Source: Octopus vulgaris (taxonomy: Eukaryota). Taken from it: a DNA stretch of 64,000 bases. Positions 28,343 through 41,527 of this stretch are shown here, one piece after another. The stretch covers positions 5,394,001 through 5,458,000 of the forward strand of contig OX597815.1 in NCBI GenBank assembly GCA_951406725.2, given 5' to 3'. The translations under genes were made by a program, and so were the position numbers. The notes beneath the pieces are model-generated. The model had not been told where the DNA came from. It saw nothing but the letters and a program-made list of their open reading frames with translations, and made no database searches. The stretch's first letter is position 1. The number at the start of each line of letters is the position of its first letter.

Positions 28343-28733
28343 ATTACTGCTGTTGTTAGTCAACAATTTCAACAAGTTATTTGTTTTGTGTACGCATGGA
28401 AGCTGCAACGTGTTCGTGTGTGAGTTGTATAAACACAAATATTATATTGGTTGGTGTATAATCGGGAAATAGCAATGTGTCTGTGTGTACTAAAGGGAAT
28501 GCATATACATGATTAGTTCTAGTTCTCACAACCCTACGTGTTGTTTTACAATTTTGAGGATCGTTCGTTTTTCTAGGATCATTTACAATAAAAAGTAGTT
28601 TTCCTTCATTTTTTTGGATGTTTCTTAAATTCAACTTGATGATCGCAGATCGAATATTTCCTTCCAGAGAGCTCGGTGATGTAAGTCCACCTTTTTTGTT
28701 ATTTGTGCGATTATTATCATTATTATTATCATT

Positions 28734-28808
28734 GCCTTTGCACAGCTTCTAACGCTGGAGATGTACTACAGTGTCAGCTGTTCACTACCATTGAACTAAA
28801 GTAACACA
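28734..28808 (-). mobile_element. Dong family 1, extreme 3' end
   Basis: Matches 14067-14145; adjoins (TAT)n. Confidence 0.85.
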
Positions 28809-28810
28809 CT

Positions 28811-28910
28811 AAAGTTAACACACCGTTTCGGCTGATATACCTTCCAACCTTCATCTGGTGTCTTGGGGGACATTTCGAACCTGAGTTCTCATTCCTAAGG
28901 TATTTTTCGA

Positions 28911-28977
<67 letters not shown>
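28811..28977 (-). mobile_element. Family E tail with hammerhead motif and (TAA)n tract
   Basis: Minus strand GACAC-CAGATGA-a-GGTTG-gaaggtatat-CAGCC-GAAA-CGGT-GTGTT at 28817-28862. Confidence 0.7.
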
Positions 28978-28980
<3 letters not shown>

Positions 28981-29212
28981 TAGTTTTATTTTTATAGCGT
29001 GCTTTCACTTCACTACCGAGCGCAGCTCTGTGTGCCTTGGGTATGTGCTGTGATTTGTTGTGATGCTCTGATGGTTATTGTATGGAAAGTGTTCTGCGTA
29101 GGATGTGTGCAGTGCCTAGTAGTGTAATTTTCTGTATGTTATATGTGTTTGTAAGTCCTGGTGTTTTTGTTATGTATTTGTCTGAATATTTTTTTATCAT
29201 GCCTAAGGCACT
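28978..29212 (-). mobile_element. R4/Dong family 2, 3' fragment
   Basis: ALGMIKKYSDKYITKTPGLTNTYNIQKITLLGTAHILRRTL; 3' UTR differs from family 1. Confidence 0.8.
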
Positions 29213-29272
29213 TACTTTATTTTATTTATTTTATTTATCATGCCTAATGCACCTACTTTATTTTATTATTAT

Positions 29273-30200
29273 TGAGTGAGAGAGCAGTGCATGCCATCAA
29301 AGTGACACTGGGGTAAAATATACGAAGCCCAATATACCCATCATGACTACCCGTCTGATAAGGGTACACCAGGCACATGCATCACAACCATATGTGCGCG
29401 ACATGGTGATCTCATATCAAGATAAACAGCACATGACCTTGCAGGTGGGGCCCAGTTAGAATTTTCTTCAGGTTGAGTAGCCCATCCCGCTCAAAAGGTC
29501 CCTGAATAAGGGTTGTTTAAGGATGTTGAAAGAACCACCCATGTTTCCAGAGGTGAATTATTCAAACCCCAAAGAATCCCTCTCAACACATGGCTATGAT
29601 GCTCCCCCACTACTTCTGCTCGTGATCAGAGATGCAATTATTATTATTATTATTGAGTGAGAGAGCAGTTCATGCCATCAAAGTGACACTGGGGTAAAAT
29701 ATACGAAGCCCAATATACCCATCATGACTACCCGTCTGATAAAGGTACACCAGGCACATGCATCATAACCATATGTGCGCGAAATGGTGATCTCATATCA
29801 AGATAAACAGCACATGACCTTGCAGGTGGGGCCCAGTTAGAAATTTCTTCAGGTTGAGTAGCCCATCCTGCTCAAACGGTCCCTGAATAAGGGTTGTTTA
29901 AGGATGTTGAAAGAACCACCCATGTTTCCAGAGGTGAACTATTCAAACCCCAAAGAATCCCTCTCAACACATGGCTATGATGCTCCCCCACTACTTCTGC
30001 TCGTGATCAGAGATGCATCAATCGTCAGCCACTAAGGGACATGCTCAACTGGTTAAGGTCAAACAACTGACAAGCAAATCTGTGGTATTGAGCAGAATAT
30101 TTGCTGTAGCCCATCTTTTATACCAAGACAAAACAATGTACATGATAACACTTCCAATCAGTTAAGATCAGAAGCCATGAGAGCCACTGCCTGGTACTGC

Positions 30201-30241
<41 letters not shown>

Positions 30242-30324
30242 TATTATTATTGAGTACATGATAACACTTCCAATCAGTTAAGATCAGAAGCCATGAGAGC
30301 CACTGCCTGGTACTGCATCAGGGC

Positions 30325-30326
<2 letters not shown>
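29273..30326 (-). mobile_element. Three stacked copies of a non-coding ~560-bp element within (TAA)n
   Basis: Copies at 29273-29636, 29654-30200 and 30251-30326, nearly identical and separated by TAT repeats; strand inferred from the shared end. Confidence 0.75.
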
Positions 30327-30397
<71 letters not shown>

Positions 30398-30700
30398 GCC
30401 TTTGCCCAACTTCTAACGCTGAAGATGTACTACAGTGTCAGCTGTTCACTACCAGTGAACTAAGGTAACACCTCTTATTTTTGAGCGCCTTCCGGAGTAT
30501 TCGAGCGGTTCCAAGCAGTGCTGTTTTCTGCCAGTGCTCTACCCTTATTGCAGCCCCTATTTGTTCCACGTACTTCTCGAGATTTTTGCTCACTGTTCCC
30601 AGGGCTCCGACAATTATTGGTACTACTGCCACCTTTTTCATCGACCACACCTATTAACTTCCTAAGCTAACCTGTCATATCTCTCGACTTTTTTCTTCCT
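30398..30700 (-). mobile_element. Dong family 1, 3' fragment
   Basis: VVPIIVGALGTVSKNLEKYVEQIGAAIRVEHWQKTALLGTARILRKAL. Confidence 0.9.
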
Positions 30701-31269
30701 TGAGAAATTTCGCGACAAGCATTATTGCTGTAGGAACATTCGCCGTGAAAAAAAAATAATTAAAAAAATTAGCTGTTTTCTAAAAATGGCAACTTTATCA
30801 ATAAACCTACCAGTTAGAGAAAGGTAATTTCCTTAAAATAAATTATCGAGTTTACACTTTAATTATGTGCCGACTTCATGGTGAAATTTCCCACGGCAAA
30901 TTTTCCTATGGAAAAATGTTTGCGGCAAATTTTGTAGATACGCTTAACGGAGGATTTATGAAACATTTCAGGGGGAAAACTTGTTACAGTATGAGAGAAG
31001 AATACTTGTAGGAACTTAAAAGAACATTTCCAAAGTTGCAAATGAATTTTTTTTTTTTTTTTGTTTTTTAAAGAATAAATGTAAACAAACATGGGAATTC
31101 TACTTACTTTTCGTTTTTTCTCTCCTTCCAATAACTAATGCTTTGACGTTTGAATATGTCTGTAGTCTTCATGATGGAAGTAAAAGTAAGGTTACCATTG
31201 ATCCAAAACACCTTTAATCAAAGGTATTTCATCCATGATTATTTGTTTCCTTTTTTAATATATTTTTAA

Positions 31270-31795
31270 ACCATTAACTGCCAATTTCTTTTATTCATAT
31301 TCTTTTGGCTTTGCCTGGTGTCTTAGGAGTTAAAATAATATATAGTATTTAAATTTTCTTCGTATGTGAATTATTTTGGAAATTACAAATTTTTCGAAAA
31401 GTCCCAAATGGGGATTGCTGAAAAAAGCATATTTATCCTTTTCTATTCAATTGCAATAACAAAACTTTTCATTTTTTTTTTTTTTTGAAACTATAGTATC
31501 GAATGCGAATGTGTATGAAATATCAATGAATGATGTAGATGGGAAATGCAAAACAAACGGAAAAGACGTTTTCAAAACAGTCGATATTTTTGTGGTTCAA
31601 AATTTACGATTTATGACATAAAAAGTCCTCTGGAATTAGCCAGAGCTAATAATGACAAACTTTAATTACTAAATATTGTTAAACACACCTCTGCAAATGC
31701 AATGTGCATAAGTAATCTCCTTTAAATACGACGAACAACCGGCAGTGAGACTGTTTGTAGGAGATCCCTAAATGGGGCTCATGGCAGGCAATGGG
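31270..31795. mobile_element. Possible piggyBac-like MITE
   Basis: TTAA|ACCATTAACTGCCA ... TGGCAGGCAATGGG|TTAA (11 of 14 TIR positions match). Confidence 0.45.
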
Positions 31796-31808
31796 TTAAA
31801 GCATAAAC

Positions 31809-32412
31809 AAGGTGGCGTGCTGGCAGAATCATTACCGCGCCGAGTAAAATGCGTTCAAATTCTGCCGAAGTCGACTTTGCTTTTGTTCTTTCGAAATTGA
31901 AAAAAACAAGTACCAGTTGGATACTAGGGTCGATGTAATCGACTTACACCCTCCCCCGAAATTGCTGGCCTTGTGCCAACATTTGAAACCGTTATTAATG
32001 TATTTTACGGTAAGGCGGCGAGCTGGCAGAGTCGCTAGCACGCCGGGCGAAATGTTTAGCGGTATTTCGTCTGCCGCTACGTTCTGAGTTCAAATTCCGC
32101 CAAGGTCCACTTTGCCTTTCATCCTTTCGGGGTCGATTAAATAAGTACCAGTTACGAAATGGGGTCGATATAATCGACTTAATCTGTTTGTCTGTCCATG
32201 TTTGTCCTCTGTGTGTTTAGCCCCTTGTGGGTAGTAAAGAAACAGGTATTTCGTCTGTCTTTACGTTCTGAGTTCAAATATCATCGAGGTCAGCTTTCTC
32301 TTTCATCCTTTCGTGGTCAATTAAATGAGTACCAGTTGAATACTAGGATCGATGTAATCGACTACCCCCCTCCCCACCACGAAATTGCTGGCGTTGTGCC
32401 AAAATTTGAAAT
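31809..32412 (+). mobile_element. SINE family B monomer (31809-31990) and dimer (32011-32412)
   Basis: Head and core motifs; junction AAAGAAACA|GGTATTTCGTC. Confidence 0.85.
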
Positions 32413-32464
32413 CAATAAATTTTTAAAGCAAAATCTACAACGGACTGCATTATGTAATGCATCT

Positions 32465-33960
32465 GTTTTCTTACCTTTATTAACAGCTAGCAGTATCGCC
32501 CGGCGTTGCTCGGGTTTGTAAGGGAAATAACTATATAAGCATTTTTAGAGAGTTATAGCCAAAAAATAGCAAAATAAATGCATGAAAAATGGAATAAAAT
32601 TATGGTAAATTTTTTTTAAAATCGTTGACTCATCGTAGACATTTTTAGAGAGTTACTTCCCTTATATAATAGCGAAAAAATGCATTAAACTGGAAAGAAA
32701 TGATGGTAAATTATTTTTAAAATCGTAGACTCATCGTAGACGCGCGCCAATACCCAGAAGGGCTCGATATGAATCACGACTATAAGATACCTGGTTTTGG
32801 TTAAACTGCACCGCAAAATGTGGGAGTGGTTAGGAATCTAAATCGTGGGAGACAGACACACAACTTGACTTTTATATATAAAGATAAAGGTGGAAAAAAA
32901 ACTAGAGTGGACGATACAAGGACAGATGAGAGACAAATGGAACATATAATCGATGATAAATAAATATAAAATTCGGATGAAAAACAAAAATGACTGAAGA
33001 AACAATTATGCAGTGAGATACGTGGCTGACCCCACAAACCACGTTCCAATACTGAATCCTTTGGTAGACTCTTTAATTTCTCGCTCAAACAGGTTCACTT
33101 ACTCTCAACACTCTCGCTACAGTCGTCCATCTTTTTCCGAAATATTCCGTGCGACAGGTATCTCCTCTTCATCCTAATTTTTCTTTTCATATGGAAAAGA
33201 AAAAAGCTCACCAACCCAAGGCTGGGGATGAAAGTGCTTGCCATGATCACTTTCACTCTCGTCTTCCACACTACTTCCTTCGCGGTAGCTACTACGCAGA
33301 GGAAACAAGCCTGCTCTTCTCTATTCGGGGAAGATGGCAGAATAATCTTAATTATAGACTCGGTTGACAGCTGTACTCTTCTCAGATGTGACACCAGTTG
33401 TTCGACATAAACCCAAAGTTCCGATATCTTTGGACATTGCACAATTGCATGCAGGACAGTTTCATTGTCCTGACCTCATCTTGGACAAGTCTTGGACAAG
33501 GCTAAAGCACCATGCCTAAAGAGTGTATCCGGAACAGGTAAGGCACCTCTGTAATATTGCCATGCCAGGGACTTTCGGAAATTGTCCAAAGGCCCTAGCT
33601 CGAATGTTCTTCGGTACAGGCTAGCGAATTAATTGTCATCGAAGCCCAGGGTTTCTCCCAAGGCGTCCTCACATTTTAACTCTAATAACCCTCTATAAAG
33701 GGACGAGATGGAACCCCCGCCGCTGGCGTTGCTCGCTTAGGGGAGAAGCATCAGCGCCTGACGACACTCTGCGTGCCAAGTTCCCGACTTAATCCATGGG
33801 TCCAGTTCAGTGAACGAGGTGAATTGTAGAAACAACTGTCTGACGAACGGAGACCATACCTGCACACTGTCCAGGTAGAGCCAGAGGTGCCCCAGCCTCA
33901 GTGCATGCCTCCGCATTTTTAGCCACGGCATCCCTGGCCCACCCTTCAGCAATTGTTGGC
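32465..33960 (-). mobile_element. L1/Tx1-clade LINE ORF2 C-terminus and 3' UTR, interrupted by a Helitron
   Basis: RRHALRLGHLW..WSPFVR; CPR*GQDNETVLHAIVQCP zinc finger; AKEVVWKTR; the 3' UTR resumes with AATAAAG beyond the Helitron. Confidence 0.8.
32487..32884 (-). mobile_element. Non-autonomous Helitron, second copy
   Basis: Highly similar to 27404-27802; TC start, hairpin and CTAG end. Confidence 0.9.
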
Positions 33961-34444
33961 AGCAGAAATGTATCTGTTTTAAAGCTAGTCGGGTGTAGTT
34001 TGGCCGCTCTTTGTATTAAGTCGAGGCACAACGTAGAAATGAGATCGCTGGTTCAAGTCCAATAGAAGTAATTTAGGTCTGTAATAAAGGGGAACTATAA
34101 TATATTGTTTTAAGGATTTCGTTTAAGAGCCAAGAAAAGATCTTAAGTATTTCCAAATTTTGCAGGAACTGTAATAAGGGCCAACAGTTTTGAGGAGTTT
34201 TACTGGAAAGTTGTAAATATAACCTAGAGGTAGATTTATCGGAGAGAAAAATCGAATTTTTTGCCCGGGATTTTATTCAACATGGAATCCTCTGTGTGCG
34301 ACGTTTTCGTTTTTCATTTCTAATTTCATCTTTTTATTGTCGTTCTTTTCTTTTCTACGTTTATTCCTGATGTTTCTTGAGTTAGAACTTTCTCCCCTCT
34401 CTTCAATTTAAAACTGTTATCTCTCTCTGTTATCTCATTCTTCC

Positions 34445-35187
<743 letters not shown>

Positions 35188-35735
35188 ACATCTGTGCATG
35201 ACTTATTTCAAAATAATTATAAATGCTCTCTAACTTTTATTTTAAATGCTTCAGGTCTAAATCGCCTTTGTAGAATTAAGGTTTACCATAAACTTTGTTA
35301 CAATACCTTAGCAATTAAAAGATAAAGGAAAAAATATTTAAGAATATATTGAAAGACATTCAGGCACCAAATTTGTGAGGTTTTCCTTCCAGGTCTTTCG
35401 CTTGTATTTGCGTTTAGTCTTTCTTTTTTTTTCCCTCTTTTTCTTTTCCTATTATAATAATAAACAACCAAATCTTTATTATTTCGCGATAAATCATAAG
35501 AAGAAATGAAGTTCAAAGTATTTTTTTTTCTTTTAAAAAATAATATTTTTATCCCTTGTAAGAACATTTTACAGGTTAAACTATTGTCGATTCTGTCGAA
35601 GAATTTGGAAAGAGTGGACGAAGTGAAAGACTCTCTGTATTTAGTGGCGTCTCTTTACATTCTGAGTTCAAATTCAACTGGAGACAACTTTGCCTTTCGT
35701 GCGACTGGGATCGATAAAATAAAGTACCAATCTAT

Positions 35736-36118
35736 GGCACTCCGTCGGTTACGACGACGAGTGTTCCAGTTGATCCGATCAACAGAACAGTCTGCTCGTG
35801 AAATTAACGTGCAAGTGGTTGAGTACTCCACAGACACGTGTGCCCTTAATGTAGTTCTCGGGGGAGATTCAGCGTGACACAGAATGTGACAAGGCTGGCC
35901 CCTTTGAAATACATGTACAATAGAAACAGAAAGAAAGAATGAGTGAAAGTTGTGGTGAAAGAGTAGAGCAGGGTTCGCCACCGCCCCTTCCCGGAGCCTC
36001 GTGGTACTTTAAGTGTTTTCGCGCAATAAACACTCACAACGCCCGGTCTGGGTATCCAAATTGCGATCCTACGACCGCGAGTCAGCTGCCATAACCACTG
36101 GGCCGTTGCGCCTCCACA
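35736..36118 (-). mobile_element. SINE family C
   Basis: Reverse-complement match to 5726-6113; interrupts a SINE B remnant. Confidence 0.85.
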
Positions 36119-36879
36119 AAGTAGCAATCAAATACTAGGGTTAATATAAACTTCTGTACCCTCCCTACATATGAGAGGCCTTATGTCTCAATAAAAAAAA
36201 AACATTTTTATTGTGGCAGATAAGGAGAAACGAGCGGAAAAAATGCCGTCGGGTACTGAGTTTCGATCCCTTACGTTTTCGGTTAAAACACAACTTACAT
36301 TTCATACGTAGGGAGGGTACAGAAGTTTGTATTAACGCTAGTATTTGTTTGGGGGCAACGCGAAGGTGCAGTGGCCCAGTGGTTCTGGCAGCGGACTCGC
36401 GATCATAGCGTCGCAATTTCGATTCCCAGATTAAAGTTTTAACAAATTATTGGCTTCATTTTCTTCATTCTTCTATCTTTATTTTTTTTTTACTTGTTTT
36501 AGTCATTAGACTGCGGCCATGCTGGGGCACCATCTCGAAGAATTTTAGTCGAATGAAGCGTGAAACATATTCTATTGGTCTCTTTTGCTGAACCGCTATG
36601 CTATGGGAACGTAAACACACCAACACCGGTTGTCGAGCAGTGGTGAGGGACAAACACAGACACAAAAATACACATATGCGTACACACAAACACACACACA
36701 CACACACACATACGAATGAGTGGACAAACGAAGGAGGGGCACTCAACACATTTATTGAGAATTACATGTACGGATGAAAACATTCGTTGGTATTGCGAGG
36801 CTTTCAAGCGTGATGCTAATTTTCAGTCATTTTGAATTTCACATTCAAAATGGCTGAATTTGAATCAAACAGTTTTTTG

Positions 36880-37135
36880 TGTTGTTCGTTCCTTCTCGAG
36901 ACATGACTGGCTCATTAGGGCCGGTTTCCCGGTTTCCTTGGCGTACAGGTTCCCCACCTGGACGGGACGCCGGTCCGTCGCAGGTGGGCTGCAAGACGCA
37001 GGAGGAAAGAGTGAGAGAAAGTTGTGGCGAAAAAGTCAGCAGAAGTTCGCCATTACCTTCTGCCGGAGCCGCGTGGAGCTTAGGTATTTCACTCATAAAC
37101 AAACACATCGCCCGGTCTGAGATTCGAACCCGAGA
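36880..37135 (-). mobile_element. SINE with family C 5' half and a different, V-domain-like 3' half
   Basis: Shares GCTCCACG.GGCTCCGGCAG..CCACAACTTTCTCTCACTCTT with family C, then CCTGCGACGGACCGGCGTCCCGTCCAGG. Confidence 0.7.
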
Positions 37136-37316
37136 TCTAGTTATATGTTTTATAAAAATATATATTATTTGTTATTTATGTTTTGGTTTATGTCTATCAC
37201 TGTTTGAGTTGCATAATAGTGGTTTTATCTCTAATTTATATGTTATATATTTATATTGTGAAATTTGATTTAATACTAAATTAAATTTTTCCCTGTAAAT
37301 TTGGAGTTATACTCAC

Positions 37317-37366
<50 letters not shown>

Positions 37367-37589
37367 ACAGGCTTCTTTCAGTTTCCATCTACCAAATCCA
37401 CACGTGTTTTTTGGTTGTCATGAAGCGGTGGTAAGTTACGTCTTCTCTCTTGTTTAATGGAGGAGCGATGTTTAATGAGTTACAAAAACTTAAGTTCTTC
37501 TTCTTCTTCAGACTTTATGTCGTCTGAGGAAGAATTAGTGAAAAGTCTGAAAAGAATTGCTGAGGCTGTGGGGACGAAAAATTATGCTG

Positions 37590-39300
37590 AAGTGGCAAAA
37601 GGAAAAGTGAAGACGTGAGACTAGAAGAACTGAGCAGGTTCAAGGAAATACTTAAAATGGAGGGGAATGATTTGAAGGTGTTCCCCACCCCCAAAGGAGT
37701 TTTAAAGAGAGGACGATTATTTACAGGACACACGCGGTGGCAACGAGAAAGATTGAAGTAGTGTCACCAACCCAACTTGAAAAGGTGCTGAGACCAGTCT
37801 GGCAAGGGATTTCATACCGTACTTTCAATATCTTCTGGGTTAATCTGTACCACCATGTCCAGACTCTGCCCTTGCCAGGTTCTGTAGGGTGTTTTGGTGG
37901 TCTGTAGGACCACCACCTTTTCTTCCATACCTACATTCAATTCCCTTGAAGCACGTCTCCACCATTTTCCAGCTGTTATTTGAATCCTCCTCAACGCTGG
38001 TACCTGTCTTCCTCTGTGGTACCACATCTGTTTCGTTTTCCTCCACGGTCAGTGGAGCATCCACCACTTTTTTGTCCTCTCTTTCCTTATCCGTTTCTTG
38101 TAATGAAGGACACTCCTCTCTAATGTGGCCTTTCAGGCCACATTTATAGCATCTCGGAATCCTCCCTGCTTCTCTGACCCTTAATACATGTTTCTTTATT
38201 ACCCACAAGGGGCTAAACATAGAGGGGACAAACAAGGACAGACAAACGGATTAAGTCGATTATATCGACCCCAGTGCGTAACTGGTACGTATTTAATCGA
38301 ACCCGAAAGGATGAAAGGCAAAGTCGACCTCGGCGGAATTTGAACTCAGAACGTAACGGCAGACGAAATACCTATTTATTTACTACCCACAAGGGGCTAA
38401 ACATAGAGGGAACAAACAAGGACAGACAAACGGATTAAGTCGATTACATCGACCCCAGTGCATAACTGGTACTTAATTTATCGACCCCAAAAGGATGAAA
38501 GGCAAAGTCGACCTCGGCGGAATTTGAACCCAGAACGTAACGGCAGACGAAACACAACTAAGCATTTCACCCGGCGTGCTAATGATTCTGTCAGCTCGCC
38601 GCCTTCTGACCTTTAATACCGTCCCTCCCGCTGTCATGCTCTCGACCATTTTTTCGATGTCCTCCTCCGCAATTTGTACCACCATGTTAAGGGTTTGTCC
38701 CTCCCAGTTCCTGTGAGGTGTTCTGTTTGCCTGTAGGAGAACCACCTTCTCCATTCCAAGTAATATAGCAGCCACTATCCAAGTTACATCCACTTCCGGG
38801 GGTATTTCCTCCACCCTAACCCTGGAAGCACGTCTCCCAAGGTATACGGGTAGAACTATCTCGTTCGTTTTCAAGGGTGTTACCGAATGCAACCTGGTGG
38901 TAGCTACCTTTTCATCTTGCACCTCAATTGCTCCAAATCTTTTACCTCTGGCAAGGTACGAAATCCCTTTCCAGACTAGTCTCAACACCTTTTCTATCTG
39001 TGTCGTAGCCAGGTTTTCACTTTTTCCAGCTGCCACCGAGTACATCCTATAAACTATCGTTCTTCCTGCTTTTTCCTTTAAGAATTCTTCAGGGGAAGGA
39101 GGCACCTTCACTTCGTCCTCCCCCACTTTAGCATTCCCTTATACTTGTTTATATCTTCTATCCTTACGTCTTCGTACTTTTCCTCCGTCGCTACAGCATA
39201 GCTTCTTTCTTCCAAAGCCTTGTCTGTCCTCGCCAGGCACTGCACCATCTCCTCCTCTGATGACATATCTTCCAAGGAAGGGTGGCCTTCAGTGCTCGAA
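37590..39300 (-). mobile_element. Tx1/L1-like ORF1 remnant (gag-like, CCHC zinc knuckle) with a rearranged second copy
   Basis: Removing the SINE at 38188-38605 rejoins GGTVLKV|REAGRIPRCYKCGLKGHIREECP; paralogous pieces lie at 37590-37970. Confidence 0.75.
38188..38605 (-). mobile_element. SINE family B dimer with 14-bp TSD
   Basis: TSD CTGACC(C/T)TTAATAC at 38174-38187 and 38606-38619. Confidence 0.9.
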
Positions 39301-40067
39301 ACAGAGCAACTCAAAACTTCTTGTTCGACGTCCCTCCATCACAGGAGGAAAAAACGCCGCACAGCCAAAAAACACGCATAGCTAAAAACCACGTCCGTCT
39401 CGCTCAAAACCAACAAGCCAAAATGAATCCTGGGAAACCGGAAGCAAGCTTCTTACCATACAGCCACGCCTGCGCCTAAGTGTCACGGCTTTCTGTCGGA
39501 ATCCTGTAATAGACGACGCTAATGTACACAACTTGATTTGTAAGATAAAGAAAACGAAAACATATGAAGATGTATGAGACTTCATGCATTTCTACAAATA
39601 AATTTGTTGTATAAAATATAAAACTATAAGGTGACAATAATTAGGATCAACTAATTCTGGTTTGTTAATTAATATGTACTGCTCGCCACAAGCAATGATA
39701 TTTATTAAGGAAGATAATTAACCAACACTTATTAGGCTTACAAATCTGTGTGATTGAAAAGTTGAGAAGACGAATAAATCTATAAGTAAATAGTCTTCAA
39801 AAAGCAGCATCGGCGTTGGAAAAATTTTGTGTAATTAACGAAACCATATTGTCTGCGACACAGAACAAACCGTTGTTGTTGTTGTCGTCGTCGTCGTTGT
39901 TGTTGTTGTTGTCATTGCTTAGCCTCGTATTCGTTCTGTTTAAGTTGAACGAAGATCAAAGCTGCGTCTGCAATCATAACCATCTTGGCCTTTTATATGC
40001 ACACACACACACACATATATATATATATACATGCACACACACACACATATATATATATGCACACATG

Positions 40068-40105
<38 letters not shown>

Positions 40106-40274
40106 CATGCACACACAAAAAGCACAAACACACACTCATATATGTATGCATGTATATGCATACATATATGAGTGTATATATATATAAATAGGCACACATG
40201 CACACACAAAAATACACACACAAAAAGCACAAACACACACTCATATATGTATGCATATATGAATACATACACAC

Positions 40275-40306
<32 letters not shown>

Positions 40307-40928
40307 ATACAATATTTTATACAACGACACACGTGCTTTTCTCGAGACTCTCTGCTCCTTCCTCCTCTGCCTCTTCTCTGGACTTTTTCCTCTTTCCGAC
40401 AAAAGCCATGCTCGAAACATCGTTTCCCATCTAAAACTTACCCTGTACAGATACATTGTAAACTCCTAAATATATCTCCTTCTGTGCATATATACATATA
40501 CTACCAAAATATGACCTTTTTGAACTTATAATTTTCTGTGTGTATATATATAGATACTTCCAAACAAACATGATTTTTAATGAAATCTTAATATTTTTAA
40601 CGAACTTTTTAATATTTTCTCAAGATTTTTCCTTGTAAACTGTTTTAACAGTTTCTTATTATTATTATCAAAGTATGTATATAAGTATTGCAACTTTTTG
40701 TACCCAATATTTTAATGAACATTTTTATATTTTCCCAAGATATTTCCTTGTAAACTGTTTTTAACATGTTCTTATTATTATCAAAGAATGTATATATGTA
40801 TTGTAATTTTATGACAACCAGTACTTAACACAACAAAGCTTATACGTTTTACTTTTGACAATCTTTTCCTAAAAAAGTGAAACCGGTCAAGTGAATAAAC
40901 ATCTTTAAAATTGCATTTTCAAACCTTC

Positions 40929-41030
<102 letters not shown>

Positions 41031-41081
41031 ATATTGGCAGGGCTGGCTTGCTAGCCTCAATTTTTAATTTATCTCCCTCAA

Positions 41082-41146
<65 letters not shown>

Positions 41147-41149
41147 AAT

Positions 41150-41300
41150 ATTAAGGAGTAAATCCAAACTTACAGGGAAAAATTAGATTTATGATTAAAT
41201 CTAATTTCACAGTATAAATATAAATTAAATTAGAGATAAAACCACTATTATGCAAATCAAACAGTGAAAAACATAAACCAAAACATAAAAATAAAAATAA
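41150..41300 (+). repeat. AT-rich dispersed repeat, with an inverted copy at about 37165-37322
   Basis: Shared TTACAGGGAAAAATT...AATTAGAGATAAAACCACTATTATGCAA.TCAAACAGTGA. Confidence 0.75.
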
Positions 41301-41444
41301 TTAATAAAATATACAAAATATATAAAATATAAAATTAAAAAATTCAAATTATTTAAATTTAAAATTATTAATTTACATTTAAATAAAAAAAATTTTTTAA
41401 TATATATAACTATCAAAAAGTATTAAAAAGTTTAATATAAGATA

Positions 41445-41527
<83 letters not shown>

